From Octopus sinensis (Eukaryota), in assembly GCF_006345805.1 (NCBI RefSeq), contig NC_042998.1, positions 141,298,001 through 141,362,000 on the forward strand: a stretch of 64,000 nt of DNA, written 5' to 3'. Of this stretch, positions 40,086-53,240 are shown piece by piece. The number at the start of each line of letters is the position of its first letter. Position 1 is the first letter of the stretch. The notes beneath the pieces were generated by a model. The model saw only the letters and a list, made by a program, of their open reading frames with translations. It ran no database searches and was not told the DNA's origin. The position numbers were made by a program, and so were the translations under genes.

Positions 40086-40300
40086 GCACGCACGCGTGTA
40101 TTTTCATGTTTGTGCTTGTCCACATCCACCGCTTGACAACCGGTGCTGGTTTGTTTACAACCCCATAAAGTAGCTGCTTCGGCAAAGGAGACCGATTAAG
40201 TTTGCACTTAAAAAAATTGCTGGGTAGATTTCTTCAACTAAACCTTTCAAAGTGGTGCCGCAACATAGCTGCTGTCCAATGACTGAAAAAAGATAAGATA
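40085..40300 (+). mobile_element. SINE family A 3' half
   Basis: ccgcttgacaaccggtgctgg...ggtgccgcaacatagc...aatgactgaaa. Confidence 0.7.
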
Positions 40301-40469
40301 TATGTGTTTAAAACAACACATTTAAGTTGGATGCGCAAACTTATATGCATATTTTTATGTGATATGTTTTTGTTATCTACTTTCCAACAATGAAGTTTTG
40401 TATCTTTGTTAGAAGCCAGTTCCTTCCTCAGAAGAAGAATTTAAATAATTAAAAACAGAAAAGAACGTG

Positions 40470-40506
40470 CATATACATACATACAAACATACATACATAC
40501 ATACAT

Positions 40507-40537
<31 letters not shown>

Positions 40538-40832
40538 TACATACATACATACATACATACATACATACACACATAATACATACATACACACACACACAAT
40601 ACATACATACACACACACACATACATACATACATACATACATACATACATACATACATACATACACACACACATACATACATACATACATATATACATAC
40701 ATACATACATACATACATACACACACACATACATACATACATACATAATACATACATACATACATACACACACATACATACATACATACATACATACATA
40801 CATACATACATACATACATACATACATACATA
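40470..40832. repeat. (CATA)n/(CA)n microsatellite
   Basis: Read directly from the sequence. Confidence 0.95.
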
Positions 40833-41361
40833 GAGGGTAGTTGAAAAGTAACTCCTTGTTTTAAAATACTTATAAATTATTTATTAATTGTAATTTTTTT
40901 TCTCAAATTTTTGTATTTGTTTTTAGAAGTATGAGAATTTAATCTGTAATCTGTAATGGCTGAATGCACACTTCCCCCGAGATGGAGAGGTCGTCGTGGT
41001 CCGCATGAGTGGCGAGCCAGGGGTCCCGACTAAACATCCTGTGACTTCTTTATTAAGGATTGATTAAAAGAACAAATCTAGTGTTCCAAACCAAAGACTT
41101 TGGAAGAACTTGAAGGACTTTGGAAGAACTTGAATACGAGAAATTATATCTTCCATCCCAAAGGACTTCCCTGCTAAAATTAGCTGACACATTTCCTGGG
41201 CGACTCAAGAAGCAGGTGGCGACATCTAGAGTCCATATCGAATTTTAAATGAAACCTCATACTAACGGCTTTCTTCTCATATCCATTTTTGGGTTAAAAA
41301 TTACAATTAGTAAATAATTTATAAACATTTTAAAATAGGGAGTTACTTTTCAATCACCCTG
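40833..41361 (+). mobile_element. Internally deleted Tc1/mariner derivative with ~65 bp TIRs
   Basis: TIRs gagggtagttgaaaagtaactcc...aattgtaattttt / aaaaattacaatt...ggagttacttttcaatcaccctg; residual PKTLEELE...VHIEF*. Confidence 0.8.
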
Positions 41362-41369
41362 CACATACA

Positions 41370-41431
<62 letters not shown>

Positions 41432-41656
41432 AATATATATACTATATATATGTGTGTGTGTGTGTATGTATGTATGTATATATGTATCCCTTTGCTCAAA
41501 TGGCACTTATTTTATCAATCCCGAAAGAAAGAAAGCGAAGTCGGACTCAGCGGAACTTGAACTCAGAACGTATGGACAGGCGAAATGCTACTAACCATTT
41601 TGTCCGGTGTGCTAAAGATCCTGCTCGCTCGCCATCTTACATCAATAACAACAACA

Positions 41657-41707
<51 letters not shown>

Positions 41708-41758
41708 GCTACTGCTACTACTACTACTACTACTACTACTAATAATAATAATAATAAC

Positions 41759-42304
<546 letters not shown>

Positions 42305-42320
42305 CCACTAATAATGATGC

Positions 42321-42351
<31 letters not shown>

Positions 42352-42410
42352 GGTGGTGGTAGTAGTAGTAGTAGTAGCAGCAGCAGCAGCAGCAGCAGCA
42401 CAGCAGCAGC

Positions 42411-42453
<43 letters not shown>

Positions 42454-42477
42454 TAGTAGTAGTAGTAGTAGTAGTAA

Positions 42478-43362
42478 TTTCGACCCGATTTCGCTATTAA
42501 TTTCGTCGAAATTATTGTTTGGAAACACTCAATATGTGTGGAATAGCTGAGAACGTGTGTGCACTGATTAAGACCAGCATGCCTAGTTGGAAAACACGTC
42601 TTTTCTGTAACAACCAGAACTTAGCCGAGGTAACATGCATTGTTTATCGTGATATGAGGTCACCATGTCACGCGCATATGATTGTGATTACATGTGCCTA
42701 GTGTACCCTAATCAGACCGTTAGTCATGATGGTTATATTGGTCTTCGTATATTTGTACCCTATTGTTACTTTGATGACATGCATTGCTCTCTCATTCAAT
42801 AATAATGAGGTCACTCCTTTGATGTACTGGGAACTTTGCAAGAAATACGATCTTCCGTGCATAGATAAGCGGTATGACCACATTCCTCAGGCTTCGATTG
42901 AGGGAATGCGGGAATGAAGCTAAAGTGGGACATGATTATCTTTACAAACAAGCGCATAGAGCATAATCGCCTTGATATCACAATTGTGCACAAAGACACA
43001 TGTGAATGAGCCATGATAGACATCGTTGTTCCTGCTAGTCAGAATGCTGAAGTCACCGATTGGCTGAAGAAGGAAAATGCTAAGATTTGGCCATCCAGGT
43101 ACGAGAAATGCATCAAGCAAGAGTCACAATTCTCCCTTTCGTTATCGGTGCACTCGAAACAATTTTAAAGAATCTGGATGCATTACCTGAGATCTTAGAC
43201 ATACCAGATACCTTAGGGAGTGCACAAATGGCTGTGGTGCTTGGAACGGTTCATGTGCCGAGGAAGGTGTTGTGCCTCTGAGCTGCGAGCAGAAGCTGAG
43301 GCATAATTACACACAACCCGACCGTAAGATAACTTTGTGGAGAACAACAATGATAATTAATA
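42478..43362 (+). mobile_element. R4/Dong-type LINE remnant with an internal deletion and a nested retroposon tail (42632-42807)
   Basis: LETLNMCGI..SMPSWKTRL (RT); YWELCKKY..YDH, IEHNRLDI, VIGAL..AVVLGTVHVPRKVL; the insert is flanked by GAGGT. Confidence 0.8.
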
Positions 43363-43561
43363 ATAATAATAATAATATAATAATAATAATAAGAAGAAGA
43401 AGAAGAAGAGAAGAAGAAGAAGAAGAAGAAGAAGAAGAAGAAGAAGAAGAAGAAGAAGAAGAAGAGAAAGAAGAAGAGAGAAAGAAGAAGAAGAAGAAGA
43501 AGAAGAAGAAGAAGAAGAAGAAGAAGAAGAAGAAGAAGAAGAAGAAGAAGAAGAAGAAGAA

Positions 43562-43940
43562 GAATCCTTTCTACTATAGGTATAAGGCCTGAAATTTGGT
43601 GGGAGGGGTAGTCGATTACATCGACCTCCAGTACTCAACTGGTACTTAATTTATCGACCCCGAAAAGAATGAAAGGCAAGGTCGACCTCGGCGGAATTTG
43701 AACTCAGAACATAGCGGTAGACGAAAATTTCTAATTTGGACACAAGGCCAGGAAATTTGAGAGAAGGGGGAAAATCGATTACATCGAGCCCAGTCCTTCA
43801 ACTGGTACTTATTTTATCGACCCCGAAAGGATGAAAGGCAAAGTCGACCTTGGCGTAATTTTAATTTAGAACAAAATGGGTCGGAAGAAATATTGCCTCA
43901 GCTGCGTTTGGTCCGACGCACTAACAATTCTGCCAGTTTA
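43562..43940 (-). mobile_element. Two SINE family B copies after a long (GAA)n tract
   Basis: Reverse match to the consensus. Confidence 0.8.
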
Positions 43941-44368
43941 ATAAGAATATAGTAATCTGGCATCGATGAAATAGCTTGCTCTGTATGTAGGTCACTGATA
44001 TACACAGACTTGTAGTTAGACTTATCAACAGTAAGTTTGGCTACCAGATTTTCTTGACGTACATCGCTCGCCTTTGATTTCTACAAACTGCGGAGATGTG
44101 TCCTATGTTCATCTAACTCTCAGCATGCATTATCGACTTTTCCTTCCTCTCTCTTTCTCCTCCAGTAAACAAGACTTGCAGATTTTAATCTTCAGTCTTA
44201 TTCTCACCAACTTAACTAAAAGCAATCTTGGATTCAGATCACGTTTTAAGCAAATCACATCCATTTCGCTTCAAATCTTTCCTAGTAAACGGAGAAGATA
44301 CTCCGTGAAGAAGCCATTAATATGTACGTGTTCCCGTGTATGCACGCGTGCGTGTATGCGTATGAGTG

Positions 44369-44425
<57 letters not shown>

Positions 44426-44769
44426 GATGCGTGACACGACAAACCTTTTGTAAAAGGGAGAACCAATCTCGAAAGCAAAGCGAGATTAGTGAAGCTTAAC
44501 GAATAGCAAGGCTATAGTAAAAATAAGTTTCCTCAACAGCAACTATATCGAAGGAGAAGGACAGACTGGCAAATATAGATAAAGGAATGGCTGAACTCAA
44601 AATGCTTGAATTAGATATAAAGAGAAACTGACGAATAAATTTGAAGTTTGAGCCCAACTTATCCAAAACAGGAAAGACGCTTACCGGAGGTTATTAAAAT
44701 AACACACACACCACACACACACACGCACAGATATAAAATATATACACATATACATACACACACATATAT

Positions 44770-45040
44770 ATCGGTATAAAGACATTCATCACCATAAGAT
44801 CGTGGCTTCGTTCTGGTGCGTTGTGTTCTCTAGCAAACCACTTCATGTTGCTCCGGTTCATTCAGCTGTAAATGGGTAACCCAGCAACGAACTGACCTTT
44901 CGTTCAGGGAAAGTATTGGCCTGACCACCTAAAGGGTGTCATCATTCAAAAGCTACAGCTATGCAAGAAGCGTATTGTGACCAGCGATGAATAACAACAT
45001 CCGATAGTCTGGTCGATACAGTAGTATATAGGATATTCTT
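44770..45040 (+). mobile_element. SINE family C-related, CORE-like
   Basis: gcgttgtgttctctagcaaaccacttc...ttcagctgtaaatgggt. Confidence 0.5.
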
Positions 45041-45091
45041 TATCAGAAGTTATTAGTAAATGTATTACATATCTTTTATATATATATATAA

Positions 45092-45146
<55 letters not shown>

Positions 45147-45170
45147 TATATATGGGTGTGTGTATATATG

Positions 45171-45210
<40 letters not shown>

Positions 45211-45431
45211 CATATATATAATATACACATACATATATATATACCTCTCGTTAATATATATATATATAATATATATTTATATCTATCTACGCGCACATAC
45301 ACACACACACACTCACACACTTAGGCATTGCGATGAGAATAAACTGGTGTAGAACTCGATATAGGAGTACTTCTGAACGAATCGTTTGTCGAGTACAGAG
45401 CACGGTGATAAGAAAAAAAGAGATGACATAA

Positions 45432-45512
45432 AGCTTTGATGAAGCTGTAAGGTGTTACTCAGGCACTCAACTATGAGTCCATCGTATCTTATAGCAGAAA
45501 CAGCCGTAAGCT
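45432..45512 (+). ncRNA. Type I hammerhead ribozyme-like motif (C3U, long stem II) in a pLTR-like repeat
   Basis: AGCT-TTGATGA-A-GCTGTAAGGTG..TATCTTATAGC-A-GAAA-CAGCCG-TA-AGCT. Confidence 0.65.
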
Positions 45513-45626
45513 AATGAAGTTCATTGGATAATCATTCATTCCTGTGTCATCTCTTTTTTACCTCGTGTGTACCGTTGGCGATTTTTTTCCTCTGTCTTCC
45601 CTTCTCTGGATCTTTCCTTCTCCTAT

Positions 45627-45661
45627 GTTTCCGACGCAGAGCTCCGCTCGAAACGTTAAAC
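45627..45661 (+). ncRNA. Degenerate minimal hammerhead motif in a ~190 bp repeat (45575-45760)
   Basis: GTTT-CCGACGC-A-GAGC-TCC-GCTC-GAAA-CG-TT-AAAC. Confidence 0.55.
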
Positions 45662-45753
45662 CCTCCTTCTTTTCTTCTTTCCTGAGCGTTCAATAATACT
45701 ATATTTTTTCCACGTCCTCGCGTTGTGTTTTTTTTGTGCTTTCTTGTTTGGAT

Positions 45754-45838
<85 letters not shown>

Positions 45839-46111
45839 TCTACTACTAATATAGGATGAAGCTTTTTTACAGAAAAAAAAATTTCATCAAAAAATGTGGC
45901 ATCATATTAAAATACCTTTAAGGTTAAAATTATAAACAACTTATGAACAAGGGCTAAAGAAAATTATTTCTATGTCAATATGCTGATAACAGACTATTAA
46001 ATCGTCAATTTCCACTTTGTAGCGAGTAACATATGTGGAATTCACGATTAATAGTCTGTTATCAGCATATTGGCATAGAAATAATTTTCTTTAGCCTTTG
46101 TTTATAAGTTG

Positions 46112-46187
<76 letters not shown>

Positions 46188-46194
<7 letters not shown>

Positions 46195-46571
46195 AATCCG
46201 TTCTGTCTGTTGTGTGTGTCTCTTCTAGGATCTCGGGCATCCTCCATCCGATTGCGCTCAAATTTGTTATGTAGATACCGACGGTATCAGGACGTGTATT
46301 AGTCTTGAAAAAAAATTACAAAAATTGATTCCAGGTGAGAATGCGATCGATAAAGCTGTGGGAACGTGCATTTGTACGCGCAAGTACATCAGCTGTTGCG
46401 ATCGATACTACGCGTGAGTGAGAAAAATGCGCATGCAGTTTGCGCATAAAAAGCCGGCTGGCTTGAAATAATCCCACAAAATGGGACGGTCGGACAAGTT
46501 GTTTTGACAAAATTTGGTTTAAAATTGTTTGACAACTCAGCACCGTCCATTGGACGGGGGGCGTTTTGCTC

Positions 46572-46572
<1 letters not shown>
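46188..46572 (+). mobile_element. Non-autonomous Helitron, shorter relative of 12883-13677
   Basis: Same 5' ataaaatccgttctgtctg, same 3' hairpin and CTCG|T end; lacks ~430 bp of internal sequence; sits in (TA)n. Confidence 0.8.
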
Positions 46573-46636
<64 letters not shown>

Positions 46637-47361
46637 CTAAAAATACGCTACAACGAACTTACAAATTCCATTACATACTCACATACTAATACCCCAATAT
46701 CCCACATTACTGTTGCAGGATCTTTTCGGTTGCTTTTCAGATTTGTTCCAATTGTTTTCAAATTTGCTTATACCGATTTAGTTTTATGTGCTAACTTAGT
46801 AGCTTTTAAAGTTTGCAAAGTTTGGGTAATTTTTGCCAATCGAAAGCCACCATTATGTATATGACGGTAAATCTTACATTGGTGTGCATTTCCATAGTAA
46901 CAAACAGCGCTGTAGTCTGACACTTTCACCACCGCGTCCACTACCACAAATGTTGGCGAGCAATATCATTTTGTGTTCGTGTTATTTCTGTCTGTCATTT
47001 TGTGAAAATGCTGGCATCCGATTCTTGTTTTCTGATGATCAAACTTTGAACTTCTGTAACAATTAAAAGAACATTTTTTCTGCAAACAAATGAATTCCAT
47101 ATTCGGATTCAGCACGAAAAGTTACATCGATAAACCAAATTTGAGAAGTTTTCACTTAATTTTAAAATTTCCAAATCACTGCGAGCAAGCGAAAAGACTT
47201 TTACTTCACGAATCTCAGTTCAAGAAGACAGTGTATAACAACGAAGAAATTTATATATTACGCCACGCATAAGCTCTGTGTTATGTCAGATTCACCTTGG
47301 ATAACAAACTACTCAAATATTTAATCGATCACTACGTGTAAAAGGATCTAATAAGATCGCT

Positions 47362-47522
47362 AGGCAGAAATAACACGAACACAAAATGATTTTGCTCGCC
47401 AACATTTGTGGTAGTGAATGAGAGAGGTGAAAGTGTCAGACTACGGCGCTGTTTGTTACTATGGAAATGCACACCAATGTAAGATTTACCGTCATATACA
47501 TAATGGTGGCTTTCGATTGGCA
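47362..47522 (-). repeat. ~160 bp inverted copy of 46834-46993
   Basis: Direct alignment with few mismatches and one short divergent patch. Confidence 0.9.
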
Positions 47523-47930
47523 GAAACGTTAGCACGCCGGGCGAAATGCTTAGCGGTAGCAGTATTTCGTCTGCCGTTACGTTCTGAGTTCAAATTCCGG
47601 CGAGGTCGACTTAGCCTTCCATCCTTTCGGGGTCGATAAATTAAGTACCAGTTACGCACTGGGGTCGATGTAATGGGCTTAATCCGTTTGTTTGTCCTTG
47701 TTTGTCCCCTCTGTGTTTAGCCCCTTGTGGGCAGTAAAGAAATAGGTATTTCGTCTGCCGTTACGTTCTGAGTTCAAATTCCGCCGAATCGACTTTGTCC
47801 CTCATCCTTTCTCGGTCGATAAAGTAAGTAACAGTTAAGCACTGAGGTCGATGTAATCGACTTAATCCCTTTGTCTGTCTTTGTTTGTCCCCTCTATGTT
47901 TAGTCCCGTGTGGGCAATAAAGAAATAAGA
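47516..47930 (+). mobile_element. Young dimeric SINE family B; a 14 bp TSD encloses it together with the 5' inverted segment
   Basis: AATAAGATCGCTAG at 47350-47363 and 47924-47937. Confidence 0.9.
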
Positions 47931-47964
47931 TCGCTAGTCACAACATGTATATGCCTATAAATAT

Positions 47965-48160
47965 TGCTGGTGGGACTCCGTCGCTCGACAACGAGGATTC
48001 AGTTGTTATGTCAACTGAATTACTTGCTTCTGAATTAAAGTGTAAGTGGCTAAGTCTTTCACAAACACATGTGCCATTAACATAATTATCAGGCAGAATC
48101 AGCATTACACATAGGTGGGGGCCGGTGACAAGGCGATACTGTTTGAATAGTAGCTAAAAT
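47965..48160 (+). mobile_element. Old SINE-like repeat fragment
   Basis: gggactccgtcg..gacaacgagg..aagtggct..gtgacaagg resembles an octopus SINE 3' region as I recall it; not database-checked. Confidence 0.4.
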
Positions 48161-48615
48161 CCACTCGGCGTTTCCATGCAACCAACTTCACTTACAAATT
48201 ATGGGTCGCTATATAAATAGATAGATAGATAGCTACGAGCGCGCATGCATACATACATACATATCGGTTTCTATTTATAGTGTTTAGTGTGTGTGTGTGT
48301 GTGCGTGTGCGCGCGCGTGCATGAGAGAGAGAAAGAGAGAGAGATAGTGCTTATGTTTGTCCATTGCTTGTCTTCGTGTTTATTGATTTGGTGGTGTTTT
48401 TTCTGGCCTCTTCCTCGCAAGGGATATGAATACACCAACAGTACCGAATTGGAACAGTTTTTGCCTGAAGATCGCAGTAGCGTGAACGTCGAGTTGCGAG
48501 ACAAACTATCAGTCTCAGTTTCTATTAAAAAAGCACCACGTTTATTGAACCTCTCCTCTCTCATTCATCCGACATAAAGCAGCAACGTGTGTATACATAC
48601 ACATAGATATTATAC

Positions 48616-48679
<64 letters not shown>

Positions 48680-48888
48680 AACAGGGAAGGTTTACGAAAA
48701 TAAACAAAAGACGAAGGCAGGTGGAGTACAAACAAACAAATGTATTAGTATGGCGCTCAGGAATAGAAATAGAACAAGTCTTTTACGTTTCGAGCCTACG
48801 CTCTTCGACAGAAAGATACACAGAAAAAAAAACAAGGAGAGAAACAAGGAGAGAAAAAAATGCGTGTAGGAGCTAACGATCTATCATA
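48680..48888 (-). mobile_element. Short non-coding retro-repeat with a minimal hammerhead (48779-48816)
   Basis: TCTTT-CTGTCGA-A-GAGC-GTAG-GCTC-GAAA-CG-TA-AAAGA; homolog at 50280-50442. Confidence 0.75.
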
Positions 48889-49555
48889 CACACACATACA
48901 CATATACATATATATAAAGACACACGCACTCTCTCTTTCTCACTCACACACACACACACGCACACACACATACACATACATTGGTGTTTAGTGGGAAAAG
49001 AAACACAGTGTCACATGATTGCAAAGCGAGCCTCTTTAACCTCACTGCCATGCTACCTGCGCCTATATTTGTATATATTAAATATGATCGTTTGATAGTA
49101 GACAAAAGTGAAAATATTGAGAAAGAGAAAAAAAAAAGATGGTTACGTGATTATTTCACTTTGATGTTCTGCTGCTGGTTGCAGTTTTCTCTCTCTTTAT
49201 TGCTTTTATTTTGTCTACGTTCAAACGCTTATATTTATTATATTCAAACACTGATTTATTATTTTAAAGCACGCTGAAACTATTATTATATGATAACTAA
49301 ATTATCAGAGAAATAACATTAGGCGAGATACTCCATAAACTTTTTACTGACTTCGTCCAAAGCGCTTATTTTTCTTTTTCTTTTTCTTTTTTTTTTTTGC
49401 TATTCGTTATGGTTACGGATATTTTCCAGGTCCTGTATCATGCTGATATGATTGTTACTCCAAATTAGCACAAAATAAAATTATTGAAATAAAATTTATT
49501 GAAAGTATTGCAGAAAATAAATAAAATTTGGCCTCTCCCTCCCTCCCCCCTCTCC

Positions 49556-49587
<32 letters not shown>

Positions 49588-50065
49588 TTCTCTCTCTTTC
49601 TTTCTCTTGCGCGCGCGCGCTATTTGTCATTCTGTTATTACTTTGTGAGAGAATGTTAAACATATTTTATTTGAATGTTGCATTATTTCAGATACGGTAA
49701 ACGACATACTGGCAACATGTTCTGTAAGTTGTTACTATTTATGTTGTTCTGACGTAAGCAACAAAGTTTCAGGTATAGATAGATAGAGTAGTTTACATTT
49801 AATACAGTTCGCAGCTTGGTGGGGGGAAAATAGAAAAGAAACAGAAGAAAATGAAAAATGCTTAAAAAATGTTTTTCTTTATGCACGGCTCAGCATAACT
49901 AATTAATCAGTGCATATAATGTGTATGTATATGTGCGTGTATATATATAATATATATATATATTAGATATATATATATATATATATATATGCATATATAT
50001 AGCATATATATATATATGCATATATATATTATAATATGCAATAGATATATGCATATATATATATA

Positions 50066-50101
<36 letters not shown>

Positions 50102-50179
50102 TCAATATATGTTATATATGCATATATATATTATGTGTGTGTGTTGTGTGTGTGTGTGTATGGTGTGTGTGTGTGTGTG

Positions 50180-50279
50180 NNNNNNNNNNNNNNNNNNNNN
50201 NNNNNNNNNNNNNNNNNNNNNNNNNNNNNNNNNNNNNNNNNNNNNNNNNNNNNNNNNNNNNNNNNNNNNNNNNNNNNNN
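50180..50279. other. Assembly gap (100 N)
   Basis: Run of N. Confidence 1.
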
Positions 50280-50438
50280 CTCCTTGTTTCTCTCCTGTTT
50301 TTTTTCTGTGTATCTTTCTGTGGAAGAGCGTAGGCTCGAAACGTAGAAGACTTTTTCTATTCCTGAGCGCCATACTAATACATTTGTTTGTTTGTACACC
50401 ACCTGCCTTCGTCTTTTGTTTATTTTCGTAAACTTTGC

Positions 50439-50442
<4 letters not shown>
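50280..50442 (+). mobile_element. Second copy of the hammerhead-bearing repeat (motif at 50313-50350)
   Basis: TCTTT-CTGTGGA-A-GAGC-GTAG-GCTC-GAAA-CG-TA-GAAGA; ends in (TA)n. Confidence 0.75.
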
Positions 50443-50521
<79 letters not shown>

Positions 50522-50574
50522 ACTTGAAATGGATGCATGGCGTTCAATTAATATAAATAATGTATATATATATA

Positions 50575-50730
50575 TATTTTCGTCCAAATTTCCGTTCCAC
50601 CGAGGTCGACCTTGTCTTTCATCGTTTCGGGGTCGATAAAATAAGTACCAGATGAGCATTGGGCTCGATGTAATCGACTTACCTACTTCCCTGGAATTGC
50701 TGGCCTTGAGCCAAAACTTGAAACCAGTAT
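50575..50730 (+). mobile_element. SINE family B, 5'-truncated
   Basis: ccgaggtcgaccttgtctttcatcgtttcggggtcgataaaataagtacc. Confidence 0.75.
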
Positions 50731-51099
50731 TAATACAATAACCGGTATATACCAAACACCTATTTCACATTAAATATTCAGACTCTATCAAAATATCTAA
50801 TACAGCAGAATTTTTATTGTTCTTTATCCGTTTCGTTAAGTGTTTTCATTGTATTGTTGAAAATAAAAATATTTCTTAACAAGCAGTAAAAACACAAAGG
50901 AAAGAAGAAATTATTGGTTTTCAACGAATAATTTTTTTTCATAATAATTATACTTTTATATTTTATTTTAGAAATTTACGTGATGTTGAAGGGAGGCGTT
51001 AAGTGATTTCACGATTCCATCAAGGAGCCAATGATATCAACATTTTTCCGACCCTTGTGTTATGGGTTCACGTTGCTCAGTCACTTAATTCACTATATT

Positions 51100-51495
51100 T
51101 TTTCTACTCTAGAGACAAGGTTCGAAATTTTAGGGGAGGGGGCCAGTCGATTAAATTGACTCCAGTACAGAACTGGTACTTTATTTATCAACCCCGAAAG
51201 GATGAAAGGCAAAGTCGGCGGAATTTGAACTCAGAACACGAAGACAGACGAAATACCTATTTCTTTACTACCCACAAGGGGCTAAACACAGAGGGGACAA
51301 ACAAGGACAGACAAACGGATTAAGCCCATTACATCGATCCCAGTGCGTAACTGGTACTTAATTTATCGACCCCGAAAGGATGAAAGGCAAAGTCGACCTC
51401 GGCGGAATTTGAACTCAGAACGTAACGGCAGACGAAATACTGCTACCGCTAAGCATTTCGCCCGGCGTGCTAACGTTTCTGCCAACTCGCCGCCT
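51100..51495 (-). mobile_element. Young dimeric SINE family B
   Basis: Shares the diagnostic ggtagcagtatttc insertion and gtaatgggctt with the copy at 47516. Confidence 0.9.
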
Positions 51496-51567
51496 GAATT
51501 GTCGTCGTCGAGCGACAGAGATCCATCAATCTATCCATACGTAAGCATTTGGAATATAGGTTTAAAG

Positions 51568-51768
51568 CAGTGCTTTTCAAACTTTTTGCTGGAGCGGAAC
51601 CTCAAGGAAACATTTCACTGGCTCGAGGAACCCCTATGCAATAATTTAATAGTCTTATGCACACATATCTGCACAGGAGAATTAAAAATTACTGCCGATT
51701 TTAGCAGTTTTGTAACTTCTTGCGGAACCCCTGGACTGTACTGGCGGAACCCTGGTTGAAAACCACTG
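51568..51768. mobile_element. hAT/Charlie-like MITE
   Basis: TIRs CAGTGCTTTTCAA / TTGAAAACCACTG; 8 bp TSD gtttaaag/gtttaaaa. Confidence 0.85.
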
Positions 51769-51834
51769 GTTTAAAAGAATGTGTTGTCAAAGGAGGGAGA
51801 GAGAGAGAGAGAGGGGGAGAGAGAGAGAGAGAGA

Positions 51835-51874
<40 letters not shown>

Positions 51875-52345
51875 CAGAGGGAGGGAGAGAGACAGAGAGA
51901 GAGAGAAAGCGGGGCAGGCGGGAGATGAGACAAAATAAAACAGGAGGGAACGGAAAACCAAATAGATAACGGTATTGGTGTAAGGTCAGTGACCAGAATG
52001 ACGAAGTGAGGTGCAGGGATGGACGGAAGGATAGCGATGAGAAAAACAGTAATGAAATCCTATTTTCATGCTGAGGGAGGAAGACTATGAAGAGGGGTGC
52101 AACGGGTGTAGGAGAGTTGTATGTTTATAAACGCATCTATCTCCATATACACGCATACAAACACACACACACACACATAACCACACACATGTCAACACGC
52201 TGTAACTTCTGCTGATTAGTGATGATTATAAAAATGAATATACTCATGCTTTGGGTATTTTCCTGTTTACATCACCAAACCTATAGATGAGTGCACTATG
52301 TGTGTATATGTATGTATGTGTGTGTGTCTGTGTCTGTGTATACAC

Positions 52346-52437
<92 letters not shown>

Positions 52438-52597
52438 GTCTATCTAGCCAGTTAGCTAGCTATCTGTTTTTGTCTATTTGTGTGTGTGTGTGTGTGTGTG
52501 TATGTGTGTGTGCATGTGTGTGTGGTTGCTCACACGCGTGTGCATGTGTAAATAAATTGAATGACAAGGGAACAGGAATTACATAATCAAATTCATT

Positions 52598-52678
52598 GGC
52601 TTACAGATATTTCAGCTATAAGAAGCAGTGCACTAAGAGCTGAGCGCTTGCGCATCAGGTTATGACTTCCTCAGAGCC
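52598..52678 (-). ncRNA. Type I hammerhead ribozyme-like motif, same family as 45432
   Basis: GGCT-CTGAGGA-AGTCATAA..TTATAGCT-GAAA-TATCTG-TA-AGCC. Confidence 0.65.
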
Positions 52679-52852
52679 TTTAAAATGAAGTATACGCCCA
52701 CGTTAAGACAAGCGGAAAGTGGGAAAATATATTGTGTGAGTCAAAGAAGAAGGATAATGAATAGATAAGACGAATGGAATTAGAGTCTGTATGCGCATGC
52801 GCATATATTTTCTGGTGGTTTAAGGTAGTACTGGCGATAGTTAATCGTTATA

Positions 52853-53240
52853 AGACGGCGAGCCGGCAGAAACGTTAGCACGCCGAGTGAAATCTTAGCG
52901 GTATTTCGTTTGTCTTTACGTTCAGAGTTCAAATTCCGCCGAGGTCTACTTTGCCTTTCAGAGTTTCGGCGTCGATAAATTAAGTACCAGTTACGTACTG
53001 AGGTTGAGCTAATCGACTGTCTCCTCCCCCAAATTTCGGGCCTTATGTCTAGAGTAGAAAAGAATCGTTAATCGTTAGAGCATCGGAAAGAAATATCTTG
53101 CGACGTCTTTTGGGTGGTTTTTACGTTTTGAGTTCAAATGTTGCCGAAGTCAACTTTACATTATATATCTCTGAGGTCGATGGTGTCGATTAAGCCCCTC
53201 CCCTCAAAATTTACCTTGTGCCTAAATCAGAAACCAATAC
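52853..53240 (+). mobile_element. SINE family B (TSD gttaatcgtta) followed by an older B copy
   Basis: Consensus match. Confidence 0.8.
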
